Shown piece after piece: positions 1-11,762 of a stretch of 64,000 bases of DNA (the first letter of the stretch is position 1; each line of letters starts with the position of its first letter). Under the pieces are notes generated by a model. That model was not told where the DNA came from. It was given only the letters and a program-made list of their open reading frames with translations, and made no database searches. This DNA comes from Octopus bimaculoides. Taxonomy: Eukaryota. The translations under genes and the position numbers were made by a program. Where the stretch lies: assembly GCF_001194135.2 (NCBI RefSeq), contig NC_068989.1, forward strand, positions 69,216,382 to 69,280,381, read 5' to 3'.

Positions 1-200
1 GGATCGTTGCCAGTGCCCCTGGACTGGCTCATGTGCGGGCGACACATGAAATCTTTCGAGCGAGATCGTTGCCGGTGCCCCTGGACTGGCTCATGTGCGG
101 GCTACACATGAAATCTTTCGAGCGGGATCGTTGCCAGTGCCCCTGGACTGGCTCATGTGCGGGCGACACATGAAATCATTCGAGCGAGATTGTTGCCGGT
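1..200 (+). repeat. 62-bp tandem repeat, about 3.2 copies, LINE 3'-UTR-derived
   Basis: Period 62 (anchor A at 3, 65, 127, 189). Homologous in reverse complement to 60200-60370. Confidence 0.9.
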
Positions 201-1546
201 GCTATGCATAGAATGGGATGTTGTTGCATTTTGTATATACCATTCTGTTATGTAGAGAATGAGGAATTCTCCTATTCTTTACATAACATTCTCTTATGTA
301 CAGAATAATTATGTACAGTATGGTTAAAATACTCATTCTTTCATTCTATACACAACATTCTGTTTTGTAGAGAATGAAGTGTATCATTGACAACAACAGT
401 AGGATAGTAGAATGTTATGCAAAGAATGAGAGAACACTTCATTCTGTACATAACATTCAATTGTGTACAGAAGGAGGTGTAGCTTTAACAACAATAATTA
501 ATAAAAACAACAGCTAGCAATTTTCTGTCTCAACATATTAACTAACCTTAAAACTTGCACATACTTTTTAAATAGGACAGTAATCAATAAAACAAAAGAC
601 ACTTTGAAAGGCTTATAAAATTGTCAAGATTTAACTAACATACAAGGATTAGAATGCAGGAGTCACAGCTGGCTGAATTGATAGAACAAAAATTGACCAA
701 TTGATTGATTGAATGTTTCCATAGCTTCAAATACAATCATTAAAGCAATGTTCTTGATGTGTTTGAGTAGATATTTTTTCCCTTGTAGACAGCATGTGTT
801 TTATGAATGGAATCAGCAAGAATTAAATGACTGGAGAAAAGATGCAACTGTGAAAGTTTCAATCAGAAGGCCAGCACTTTACCAACTTATTCTGCTACTA
901 CTTCCTTGACAAGCATAACTCACAATTAAGTTTTCTTATTAATTATGACAGCACCCAGTTTACTATTTATCTTTTCAAGCACTAAGCATCCTTGGATATT
1001 CCCATCCCTGTCATTCCTTTTTTAAGTTTCCATGTAATTAAGTGTTCATTCATTAACAGTGTGTGTGAGAGAGAGGGGGAGGGAGAGAGAGGGGGAGAGA
1101 GAGGCAGGAGGCAGGCAGAAACATTAGAAGATGGGACAAAATATGTTGACACGTTTCTTTCGACTTTATATTCTAAAATCAAATTCCACCAAGGTCAACT
1201 CTGCCTTTCATCCTTTTGGGGTTGATAAAATAAGTACTAGTTAAGCATTGAGGTTGATATAATTAACTACCTCCACCCACCTCTCCCACCAAATTTCAGG
1301 CTTTATACCAATAATAAAGATAAAAAGTATGTGTGTGTATACACGACCACGCGTGCATTGTTGGCGATTTTCTTTCTCTGTCTTCTCTTCTTTGGACTTT
1401 TCCTATATTTCTGACGAAGATCTCCAATTGAAAAGTTAAATCCTCTTTCTTTTCTTTCCTTTCCTGAGTGTCCAATAACACTGTACTTATTCCATGCCCT
1501 CGCATCGTTTTTCGTGTTTTTTCTTGCTTGTTCATGTTTAAATTGA

Positions 1547-1582
<36 letters not shown>

Positions 1583-2895
1583 CCGAAATTGCAAAGATAA
1601 TCTGGAACTTAACTGAGGAGAGAAAACTCCAAATGACCCGTCCTTGTTTTCTTTGTATTGTCGATCTGGATGTCTTGTTGTCCCTTTCTTGTATCACCTG
1701 ACTGTGTGGATGTTTTGCATTAAAATTATTACCTATGAGGTTTTTATTCCCATGCTAGCCACTTGATATGATCAGTATTTTAAATAATGATCTTATCCTT
1801 ATTTATATAAATTTATATATATATATATATATATATATACCTCACTTGTTTAGCTCTAACAGTGCCAGTCACTAATGAGATTTGATAACACCAAAATATA
1901 ACACGACTTTCTAACAACTGCATTCTTGAACATAATTAATCATTATGTTAATAATTGTTCTGCTTACTTCAGGTGAAATATTAAGTAAAATTTCTTATCT
2001 CACTACATTAAGCAGGTTAATATCCACTTTCCTATTTATAACTCTCAATAACCTTGTTTTCATTTAAGAAATCCTTAACAGACAAGGCCAAATTCTTGAG
2101 AAACTAAATTTCATCTTCCAGTTCTTTAAACTTTCTATATTCATTCTGAGTATTCTAGGACCAAGATTTCAGTTACTAACACTGGATAACACTCGGTGAC
2201 ATCTTCTATTTTCTTCCCATTGTCTTAATATGGTGAGTACTCCCTCTGATTAAAGGTTAGTTGTTAGTTTGATTTCTACTTCCTTGGACTCTCTTGATAT
2301 TGTTGTAGGGGTGACATAGTAACATAGAACATGTCATGGGCATTTTAAATCTAGCAGAGCATAACCCTCTCCAGATCTAAACACAGTTAACTTTTTCCAA
2401 TGAGAAAGAAGTACTGATCCTCAACTCCCACCCCCAGTACTGGACTATGGTACATTAATTATCAACCCTAAAAGAATAGATAGCAAAGTTGACCATGGCA
2501 GGATTTGAACTCAGAGCATAATAAGATGTAATGAATATTGCAAGCCTTTCTGTCTCATATTCTAATGACTCTGCCAACTTGGCCAACTAATAGGGTTTCC
2601 ATTACAAAACAAAAATGTTCACATTCCTTGCCACCTTCAATAATTGTATTTATGTGCTCATATTCTCTACTGTATATTTTTTGAATGTGTATATTCAATG
2701 TAACCAACAATCTTCTAACTTGTAATCTTTTCAAAGGGTAACAAATTTAAAGGTGGTTATCACCAACATCAAACTCTCTCCTAACTTTCACACCAGTACT
2801 TTATTTGACACAATGTCAAAACAGACTGTGTTCAAAGAGTGGATTATGCATTTGGTTTTGGATAAATGAGCTGAGCAAGAATAGAGTTAAATTAC

Positions 2896-2925
2896 CTGAT
2901 TAATCCAAGAAGAATTGGTTCCTTG
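2896..2925 (-). CDS. Putative 30-nt micro-exon (QGTNSSWINQ or KEPILLGLI)
   Basis: Strong acceptor ctctccttttatttttcag and donor CAG|gtaatt. Phase link to the upstream candidates is unresolved. Confidence 0.4.
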
Positions 2926-3880
2926 CTGAAAAATAAAAGGAGAGATACTGAGAAAGCATATTAGGTTTTGAAGTCCTGTGTAAATAAGTATGTGGCAATA
3001 GTCTGGGGAAAATGTTGCCTGAAAAAAATTATTTTCAATTGTGATTATTGGAAATTACTAACTTTATTGATTGTTGTTGATGTGTTTAGCCCAAAGTTAG
3101 CTCTTAGTAAACCTATGGTCAAAAGGCATTCCAAACATGATCATCCTGTCTTTTTTTATTTTTCAGACACAGTGATATGTGCAGGCATGGTCATATATCT
3201 AAGAAGTTCATTTCCCAATCACAAGGTTTCAGGGTTCAGTCACACTGCATAAGACCTTGGGCAAGTGTTTTCTACAATAGCTCTGGGCTGGCCAAAGCCT
3301 TGTGAGTGGATTTGGTAGATAGAAACTGAAAGAAGCCCATTGTGTATATCTAGGTGTGTCTATATGTGCGTGTATGTTACTGCCTCCTTGCTTTGACATT
3401 GTGTGATATTCATAAATATGTGTCATTGTCACACAAGCAGTGTCCTTCATTTCCAATCTTCCATGAAAATGTCTGGTCAAGAGGAAATATTACCTTACCT
3501 GGAAGTTAGGTGATGGTTGGTGACAGAAAGGGAATTTGGCCAAAGAAAATTCACCTTAACGAACTCCATCCAACTCAATCAAGCAAGGAAAAGTGAACAT
3601 TAAAATGATGATGATGTATTAATTCTGGTGATACATTTATCATGCTGAATTCTTAAAATTTTTAATTGCTAAACTCATATTAAAACACCATAATCTATTT
3701 AATGAATAAAATGTAGATGTAGGTGCAGGTGCAGCAAGAAAGTTGCTTACTAACCACATGGTTCTAGGTTCAGTCCCACAACATGGTACACAGGGTAAGT
3801 GTCTTTTACTATAGCCCCAGACCAACTAAAATCTTGTGGATAGATTTGTTAGATAGAAACTGGAAGAACCCTGTCATATA

Positions 3881-3918
<38 letters not shown>

Positions 3919-4534
3919 TGAGTGTGCATATGTACATCTAAGTGAGAGTGTATGTGAGTTTGTGTCTCTCTGTTGTGGTATTACATGATACTCGAAAATA
4001 ACACTTACTGTTATAGAAGCAGCAGAATCATTCATTTCCACTACACAGCATGAACATGTCTGGCCACAGAGAAATATTAACTTGGTTGGAAACAGGTGAG
4101 GGTTGGCCAAAGAAAGGGCATCTGGCCATAGAAAAATTTACCTCAAATAAACTTCATCCAACCCATGCGAGTATGGAAAAGTGGATGATGATGATGATGA
4201 TAAACCATCAAATATAATTTGGTGCAGAAGCATTTCTTTTTGCGCCACAACAACTATGATGTAATGTTTTCAATCACATTTGAAAATAATGACCACTTGA
4301 CATTTTGCAATTCCCAACGAGTAAAAATTAACTTTCATCTCTTTTTTCTTCAATTCTACTATTCTTTTATAATTTAAAGAAGACATTGTGAAATACTTCA
4401 ACAGATTTAATACGATTAAATAACAGTTCAATATTTTATAATTCTTGCTTTTGGACATTTGCGGTGAATAAATGTGTTCCATGAACAAACAACCCAGGAG
4501 GAATTAAATAAAAACTTCAAGTCTTTGAGGGGAG

Positions 4535-4643
<109 letters not shown>

Positions 4644-6213
4644 CAATAAACTCCACAGTTTCATAAACAAGAGTGAAAAATGAAAGAAAAAAATGTCTTT
4701 TAATGAAGATAAGGTTTATCATGGATGAGGAATGAAACAAAATGATTACAAAATGGCAGGGACTGTTAATTGTTGTTGGTGATGATGCCAACAACAATGC
4801 TGATGACTATAACAACTGCAACAACAGCAATGATGATGACAATGATCAGGTTGATTAACCTCACATCAGGTCAACCATAAATCAAGCAGACCTATGGTCA
4901 ACAGCCTTCCAGCCATGATCATTTTGTCTCATTTTCCAGACATAATATATTTAGAACAACATTAATATAATCAAAGTGCACTACCCTGTTTAAGAGAGTA
5001 AGATACAATCTGACTGATATTTGGCTGCTATTTCTTATTTCTTTATTGCCCACAAGGGGCTAAACATAGAGGGGACAAACAAGGACAGACAAAGGGATTA
5101 AGTTGATTACATCAACCCCAGTGCGTAACTGGTACTTAATTTATCGACCCTGAAAGGATGAAAGACAAAGTCGACCTCGGCAGAATTTGAACTCAGAACG
5201 TAACGGCAGACAAAATACTGTTAAGCATTTTGCCCGGCTGCTATTTCTAGCAAGTCGAGTGGCCATGAAGAGGCTTCCTCACTTACATCAGTGGATGATG
5301 ATGTTGGTGATATTCCAATGGCATTTCTATGCAATTTCTTTCCTTCTCAAGTCAAATTCTGAACTGGTTGTGACAGAATCATGCTCAGGTCATGGCATTT
5401 AGACCACAGACCAAGAGAATTGAAACTCACCATTCTAAACAAAATGAAACTTATAAATTTTACACTGCTACTGCTGATTACAACCATGAGCCTCTCCACC
5501 CATGTGGCATCTATCTATATCGAGATAGACAGCACCAGTGAGAATTAAGTACCTTGGCTATGTGCATAGCAATACAAACTGAAACTCTCTTCTGTTTATC
5601 TAGTGCTCAAATTGAGATAGCCATAGGTGGCTTGTAGTGGTAGTAGTAGTGGTGGTAGTTTTTGTTGTTGTTGTTGTTGTCATTGCTGAGAAATCCAGGC
5701 CACCTCTTATGGGGCAGAGACTGTAATATAGTATTTAATGTGAACATGTCATTACATTTTAGGATTGAGTGTGTTTGATTGCCATTTGAAAAGTGGCAGA
5801 GTAAGGTTTAGTAGTCACCTCATAAGCTACAGCTGTTGTTGTTTAGATCCTAGTTAGTTCTATCTAAGTAGACTTATGATCAATAGCATTTCAGCCATGA
5901 GAAAAAATCCTGGTTTCCCACACATACTTTTTTTTATGATATCATATGTTTAGGATCCTGTTATTTAATACGTCCTTATTTTAATGACACCTACTGTCAA
6001 CTATATGAGTTGAGGGACACTTGGTTGCTGCTTCTCATGAATTGACAACCACATAGAGGTACTTTTTGTTGGTTTGTCTTTGTAGGCTGTTATTAGTGTT
6101 GATGATGATGTGATGATGCAGAACAGGGTGATGGTTGTTGTGTTGGGGACTGGGCAGACATGTTGCTCACAGATTTAGTTTCCTTTTCAATTTTAATTAG
6201 AAAATTGACTCAC

Positions 6214-6278
6214 TCCGAGATCCTTTGCTCGTCTTTTTCCTTGAATAACTTGTCCGGTTACATCTTACTGTACGGATA
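6214..6278 (-). CDS. Putative 65-nt exon (phase 2-1 reading IRTVRCNRTSYSRKKTSKGSR)
   Basis: Strong acceptor ctgttttgtgtcctttacag and donor GGA|gtgagt. CpG-containing, and only one frame is open. Confidence 0.5.
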
Positions 6279-6450
6279 CTGTAAAGGACACAAAACAGAT
6301 ACATAAATATATATGCTAATAATATATAGATAATAAAATTATAAACATCCTTAACAGCCATATTTGATGTGATGTTAGCTGTGAGTTTAGTTGTGATAAA
6401 TACATGAGGAATAAATCTACATAAGGATATGTTTTTAGTCTTATGCATAC

Positions 6451-6610
6451 AGGAATATACCTTCTTCAAAATCCGCTTTTGTTTCCATAAGGAATATTCC
6501 ACAACATGAGGTATATTGTACACAGGTAAATCTGATTCCATATTGGTTCCTATCCATGGCAAAGTTAATAACTTCATTGAAACTGATATTGCATCTAGAG
6601 TGAGGAACTC
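6451..6610 (-). CDS. Putative exon, Cys-containing peptide VPHSRCNISFNEVINFAMDRNQYGIRFTCVQYTSCCGIFLMETKADFEEGIF
   Basis: Acceptor aaatgtaatttag. Two possible donors (AAG|gtatat at 6460, CCT|gtatgc at 6450). Two minus-strand frames are open across 150 nt. No family recognised. Confidence 0.4.
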
Positions 6611-7438
6611 CTAAATTACATTTAAATCTAAGCTTTATGAAACCACTTTCTCTAAAAGCTCATATAAACAAATCATTTACACCTTACAATTAAAACAGTA
6701 ATTTAATATAAGTAGCTTTGGACACCAAATAAAGCATAAATGAGTTTCTATAGACCATATAAGTTATTCATGTATAAATATAAAATAATGATGTAAGAGT
6801 CACACCTTTATTAAAACTAATTAGCATTTAGCATTTGTCTCCTAATACTACCCAATATTGGTGAGGAATACTCATTGCAAATTGAAATTTTATCTTCTTT
6901 TTTTTTTTTGCTGCATTATTACAAATTTGAGAGCTATAAATCTGGATACTGGCAACATTTACAGTTTTGTTTTTAGTAAAGATTTTAAATCAATATTGTG
7001 AATGATATAAGCAGCTCCTATCATTTTCTGCAATAACTATTATGAATATGTGAAAAATAGTTACCAGCAAAGGTTCTTTATTTGATGGAAAAAATGAAGA
7101 GATAATTATATTTTAAACAAGCAAATAGAAAGTTTTTATGTCTTATTTGTAAAGATTTGGTCTGGTTCCAGTCAATTCTTGAACATTGTTATTATATGAC
7201 TAAGAAGAAAAAAAATTATTAAAACCTGCTAGATTTTACATTTAGACATCTTTTTTTTTTTTTTCCATTTACTTATTTAAGTCCTTACTGCAGCTTTGCT
7301 GGGGTACCACCTTCAAGGATTTAAATCAAATGAATTGACCCCAGGATTTATATTTTTCAAGTCTGGTCTCATTTAGCAAACTCCTAGGTTACAAACATGT
7401 AATCAAACCAATGCCAGTTGTCAAGTAGTGGTGGGGAA

Positions 7439-7441
<3 letters not shown>

Positions 7442-7496
<55 letters not shown>
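7442..7496 (+). repeat. (CA)n microsatellite
   Basis: Perfect run. Confidence 0.95.
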
Positions 7497-7497
<1 letters not shown>

Positions 7498-8359
7498 GTA
7501 GCTTAAATTCTGCATTATTTTGAAGGATTTTTTTGCATTTTGCATTAATGCAGGCATGTAAGTAATTTATTTATTATTACATATAATAAAATAAATTATT
7601 TACATATTTTTAAGTTACAAAACAATTTGTCATGATTATAGAATTTTCTTCTTGTTAAATGAAATTTTATCAAACTATTTCTCTGTCATTTATGACTTTA
7701 TATGTATATGTATATATGATGCGCTTCTTTCAGTTTCCATCTACCAAATCCACCCATAAGACCCATAAGAGTCTGAGGTTATAGCAGAAGACTAAAGTGC
7801 CATGCAGTAGGACTGAGCCCAGAACCATATGGTCGGGAAGCAAACTTCTTACTACATCTGCACCTATTCATACTTGCGTTTTTCAAAGAATCTTCATGGA
7901 AATAGTTATTTATTTTCAAAATTCAAACTCAACATCATCATCATCATTGTTTAACGTTCGTTTTCCATGCTGGCATGGGTTGGACGGTTCGACTGGGGTC
8001 TGGGAAGCCAGGAGGCTGCACCGGGCCCCAATCTGATCTGGCAGTGTTTCTACAGCTGGATGCCCTTCCTAACACCAACCACTCCGAGAGTGTAGTGGGT
8101 GCTTTTTACGTGCCACCAGCACAGGGGCCAGAGGAGCTGGCCGATGGTGCTTTTTATGTGCCACCGGCATGGAAGCCTGTCAAAGCGGCACTGGCGAAGT
8201 TTGCAAGCTAATTGTCAAGTGGAATTAAAAGTTGAAGGTGATTTTGTTATAGAATATTGAGGTTGATGTAATCAACTTAACCCCTCCCACCAAAATTTCA
8301 GGCCTTATGCCTATAATACAAAGGATTATTATATTCAATATCAACATTTATGTGTAGAT

Positions 8360-8750
8360 GATCTAAGAATGAACTGTGTGACAAAAGTTGTAACAAAATA
8401 TTCAACAACAGAGAATTTTAAAAAATCCTGAAGGACATCAAAGCAGACTGATTTTTTATTGTATTATTTTGAGGGTTTTTGAGTAAAGAGCACAAGTTCA
8501 ACTACTTCTATGAGTTGAAAGATGAGGTGAAACTTTTCATTGATGTTAAAGGCATTTTCATTATGGAATTAAAGGAACAAATTGGGTTCTGATTTGGTTA
8601 TTTGGTCAATATTAAAACAGAAATTAGAATCATTAGTGGAGTATATGGTGCATAATATTTCAAACTTTTGGATCAGATTAAAATGCAGTTTTGAGATTTA
8701 CAAACTCATGAGCACAAACTACCAAACTATGAATAAGCAGAAATCCTTTT
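8360..8750 (+). mobile_element. Highly degenerate hAT transposase fragment
   Basis: Translates in part to YFYELKDEVKLF, resembling the segment after RWLS in GTF2IRD2/ZBED8-type transposases. Many stops. Confidence 0.45.
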
Positions 8751-8827
8751 GATCAGATGCTAGATGAAACTTCTAATTCCCTGCATCTCAGTTAATTTAT
8801 ATTAGGACAATATTTTGATATCCAAAT

Positions 8828-9012
8828 TTAACCCCTTAGCATTCAGATTACTCTGTTAAATGTAATAATTGTTTATTCACATTTTTTTGAATTAATCATG
8901 CACATTCTTGTACATTTGAGATTTCGATGATGTGATTGTTTATTTTTAGAATGGCATTTGTAAGGTAGGTGTGAGAGGCTGGATCTGGCCAGTTTAAATT
9001 CTAATGGGTTAA
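8828..9012. mobile_element. piggyBac-type MITE
   Basis: TTAA-CCC...GGG-TTAA termini. A related copy lies at 54118-54347. Confidence 0.65.
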
Positions 9013-9487
9013 GTGTTTATATATTTTGAAATTTTATAAATTGAAGGGATGAAAAAAAAAATCATTCCTTTTAAAATTTCTGGCTTTGTGCCTAAATCAG
9101 AAACCATTATTATTGGTAGAATCATTAAAGTTTCAGACAAAAAACCTTGTGGTATTTGTTCCACAAAAATACCTTGCAGTATTTGTTCCAGCTTTTCACA
9201 TTCTGAGTTCAAATCCTGCTGGAGGTCACTTATGCCTTTCATCCTTCCAGAATCAATAAAGTAAAAGTTTACGTGACTCATCCCTCATATCCAAATTTCT
9301 GGCCTTATACCTATATAATAAATTATTACAAGGGTAATGGGTGACTGAAAAGGTTGACATCGAACAAAATGCATTGCCCTATTCAGTGACATATCTTTAT
9401 GTCCTAAGTTGAAATTCTACCTTAAATTGATTTCTGAGGTGGACAAAATTAGCAGCAATCAAGCACTAAGGTTGATTTATCAATTTA

Positions 9488-9706
9488 CTCTTTTACTTGT
9501 TTCAGTCATTTGACTGTGGCCATGCTGGAGCACTGCCTTTAGCTGAGCAAATCGACCCCAGGACTTATTCTTTGTAAGCCTAGTACTTATTCTTTTGGCC
9601 TCTTTTGCCAAACCGCTAAGTTACGGGGACGTAAACACACCAGCATCGATTGTCAAGTGATGTTGGGGGGGGGGACAAATACAGACACACAAACATATAC
9701 ACACAA

Positions 9707-9789
<83 letters not shown>

Positions 9790-9955
9790 TACGACGGGCT
9801 TCTTTCAGTTTCCGTCTACCAAATCCACTCACAAGGCTTTGGTCGACCCAAGGCTATAATAGAAGACACTTGCCCAAGATGCCACGCAGTGGGACTGAAC
9901 CCGGAACCATGTGGTTCGTAAGCAAGCTACTTACCACACAGCCACTCCTATGCCT
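9488..9955 (-). mobile_element. tRNA-derived SINE, near full length, internal (TA)n/(CA)n
   Basis: Head aggcataggagtggctgtgtggtaagtag...ggttccgggttcagtccc (pol III A/B-box-like). Body shared with many copies in the window. Confidence 0.85.
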
Positions 9956-10843
9956 ATAAAATTGTTCATTTTCTGAAATTTGCGGCTGGCATCTATGTTG
10001 GAAATAATTTTTACTGTGACTAAAGACAGTACATTAGCAAAATCGGTAGACAAAATGCTTTGCAGTATTTAGCCAGACCACTCTTTATGCTCTGAATTAC
10101 ACACAGGTCACATACAGACATATGAACATATTTATATACACAAAACATACAAATTCACATACACAATGGCAGGTATGATTGGAAACATACATGCACACAT
10201 ATATATTCATGTTCACATACATGCATGCATATACACCCTACATACATACATGCAAGAAAACATGTACAAACACACATACTTACATGCATACATATATGTT
10301 CATCAATATATATGTTGAAATTCTAATGAATAGCCTCGTGCCTGGGTTGGAAACCAATTCTTTAGAATTTAAAAATAAAAACACAGAACATATATATACA
10401 TTTAATTCCATCAAATGACATTGATTTTAGATTTTTAATTCAATATTTCAGCATGCCGTCCTCTCTTTGTCTTGCTTGCTTGAACCCAGATAACTGATTC
10501 ACTTTTCTTTCTCTTTAGACAATTCAACAGTCATTACAATCAAATATTGATTTCTTTCCTAAGCACAAAGGATGCAGATAACCAAGCTGATACAATCAAC
10601 CAAGTGGTCAACAGTTCCTACCTTGTCATTGAAACTGCACTGGGCATGTAACTAAGACATTCTAGTAAGTTGTAAGTAAAGAGGCATTTCAGGATAGGAA
10701 CAACTAACCAATATAAACAGTGGAAGCATAGTAAATTTGATGAATGTTTCCTCAGTTTGTTGGGCTGGCTTCAACTCTTTTTGTAGATATAACTGAGAGA
10801 GAAATGATCTTTGTCAGTTTGATTTGTTCACAGCATACCACCA

Positions 10844-11762
10844 CAAGGTGGTATCAAAATGTTCCCAGACAAGTTCTATAGTGCGCCAACAGATGGCAGT
10901 ACACAGTTGTGTGCACAGTGAGAGGTAGCAGTGACCTTCATAAGGCAGTGTACCAAATGACATTGCTGTGTTTACTTTGCAAGTCATGAAATTTGTGTTT
11001 TTGTGATTACATGTATGCTGTAGTCTGCAATTTTGTCAAGGACAGGATGAAAGAACCAACATGAAATTTTGCATTAAACTTGAGAAGTCTACTACAGAGA
11101 CATTGAGAATACTTCGACAAGCTTATAGTGGCAAGGTAATGGGTTATATGAAATGTTTCAAGTGATACGAGTGCTTCAAAAGAGGAACAATATCCCTGGA
11201 AGACGATGACTAATCTGGAAGACCTGTCACAAGCGTCACCCTCGGAAATTTGGTATTGTGCATTGAGAATTCATCACCCATTGCCAGACTGCCACTTGAG
11301 AGTTCTACTGCAACATTTTGAAGAATTTGAGGGAGAACATTTGGCAAAACAACCTGATCTGTGGAGTGCAAAGAATTGGATTCTTCACAACGACAATGCA
11401 CCCTGTGACCGAGCTCTCCTCGCTCATGAATTTCTTGCCAAAAACAACATGGTATCACTCCCAGACCTGCCCTATTTGCCAGATTTAGCACCTGCAGATT
11501 TCCATCTCTTCCCAAGATGAAAATGCAGCTCAGAGGTTGCTATTCTAACACCGTTGTCGAGATCCAGAGCAAATTGCAGAAGGTCCTCGACTTGCTTACA
11601 AAAATGACTTTCAGACCAGATTCCAAAAGTGGCAGGAACACTGGGACCAGTATATTGCTGTGCAAAGTGACTATTTCAAAGAAGATGATGTTAAAAATTA
11701 GATGAATAAGTTATTTTTTATTAAACATAACTAGTCTGGAAACTTTTAGATACCCCCTTGTA
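10844..11762 (+). mobile_element. Internally deleted mariner (Tc1/mariner) DNA transposon
   Basis: Imperfect TIRs caaggtggtatcaaaatgttcccagacaagtt and rc caagggggtatctaaaagtttccagactagtt. Broken HTH (MKFCIKLEKSTTETLRILRQAY) is fused to catalytic motifs WILHNDNAP and YLPDLAPADFHLFP. Confidence 0.9.

Noticed and set aside
1-200. CRISPR-like repeat array
   Set aside because: Units are whole tandem copies with no unique spacers, the context is eukaryotic with no cas genes, and the sequence is homologous to a LINE 3' UTR in the same window.
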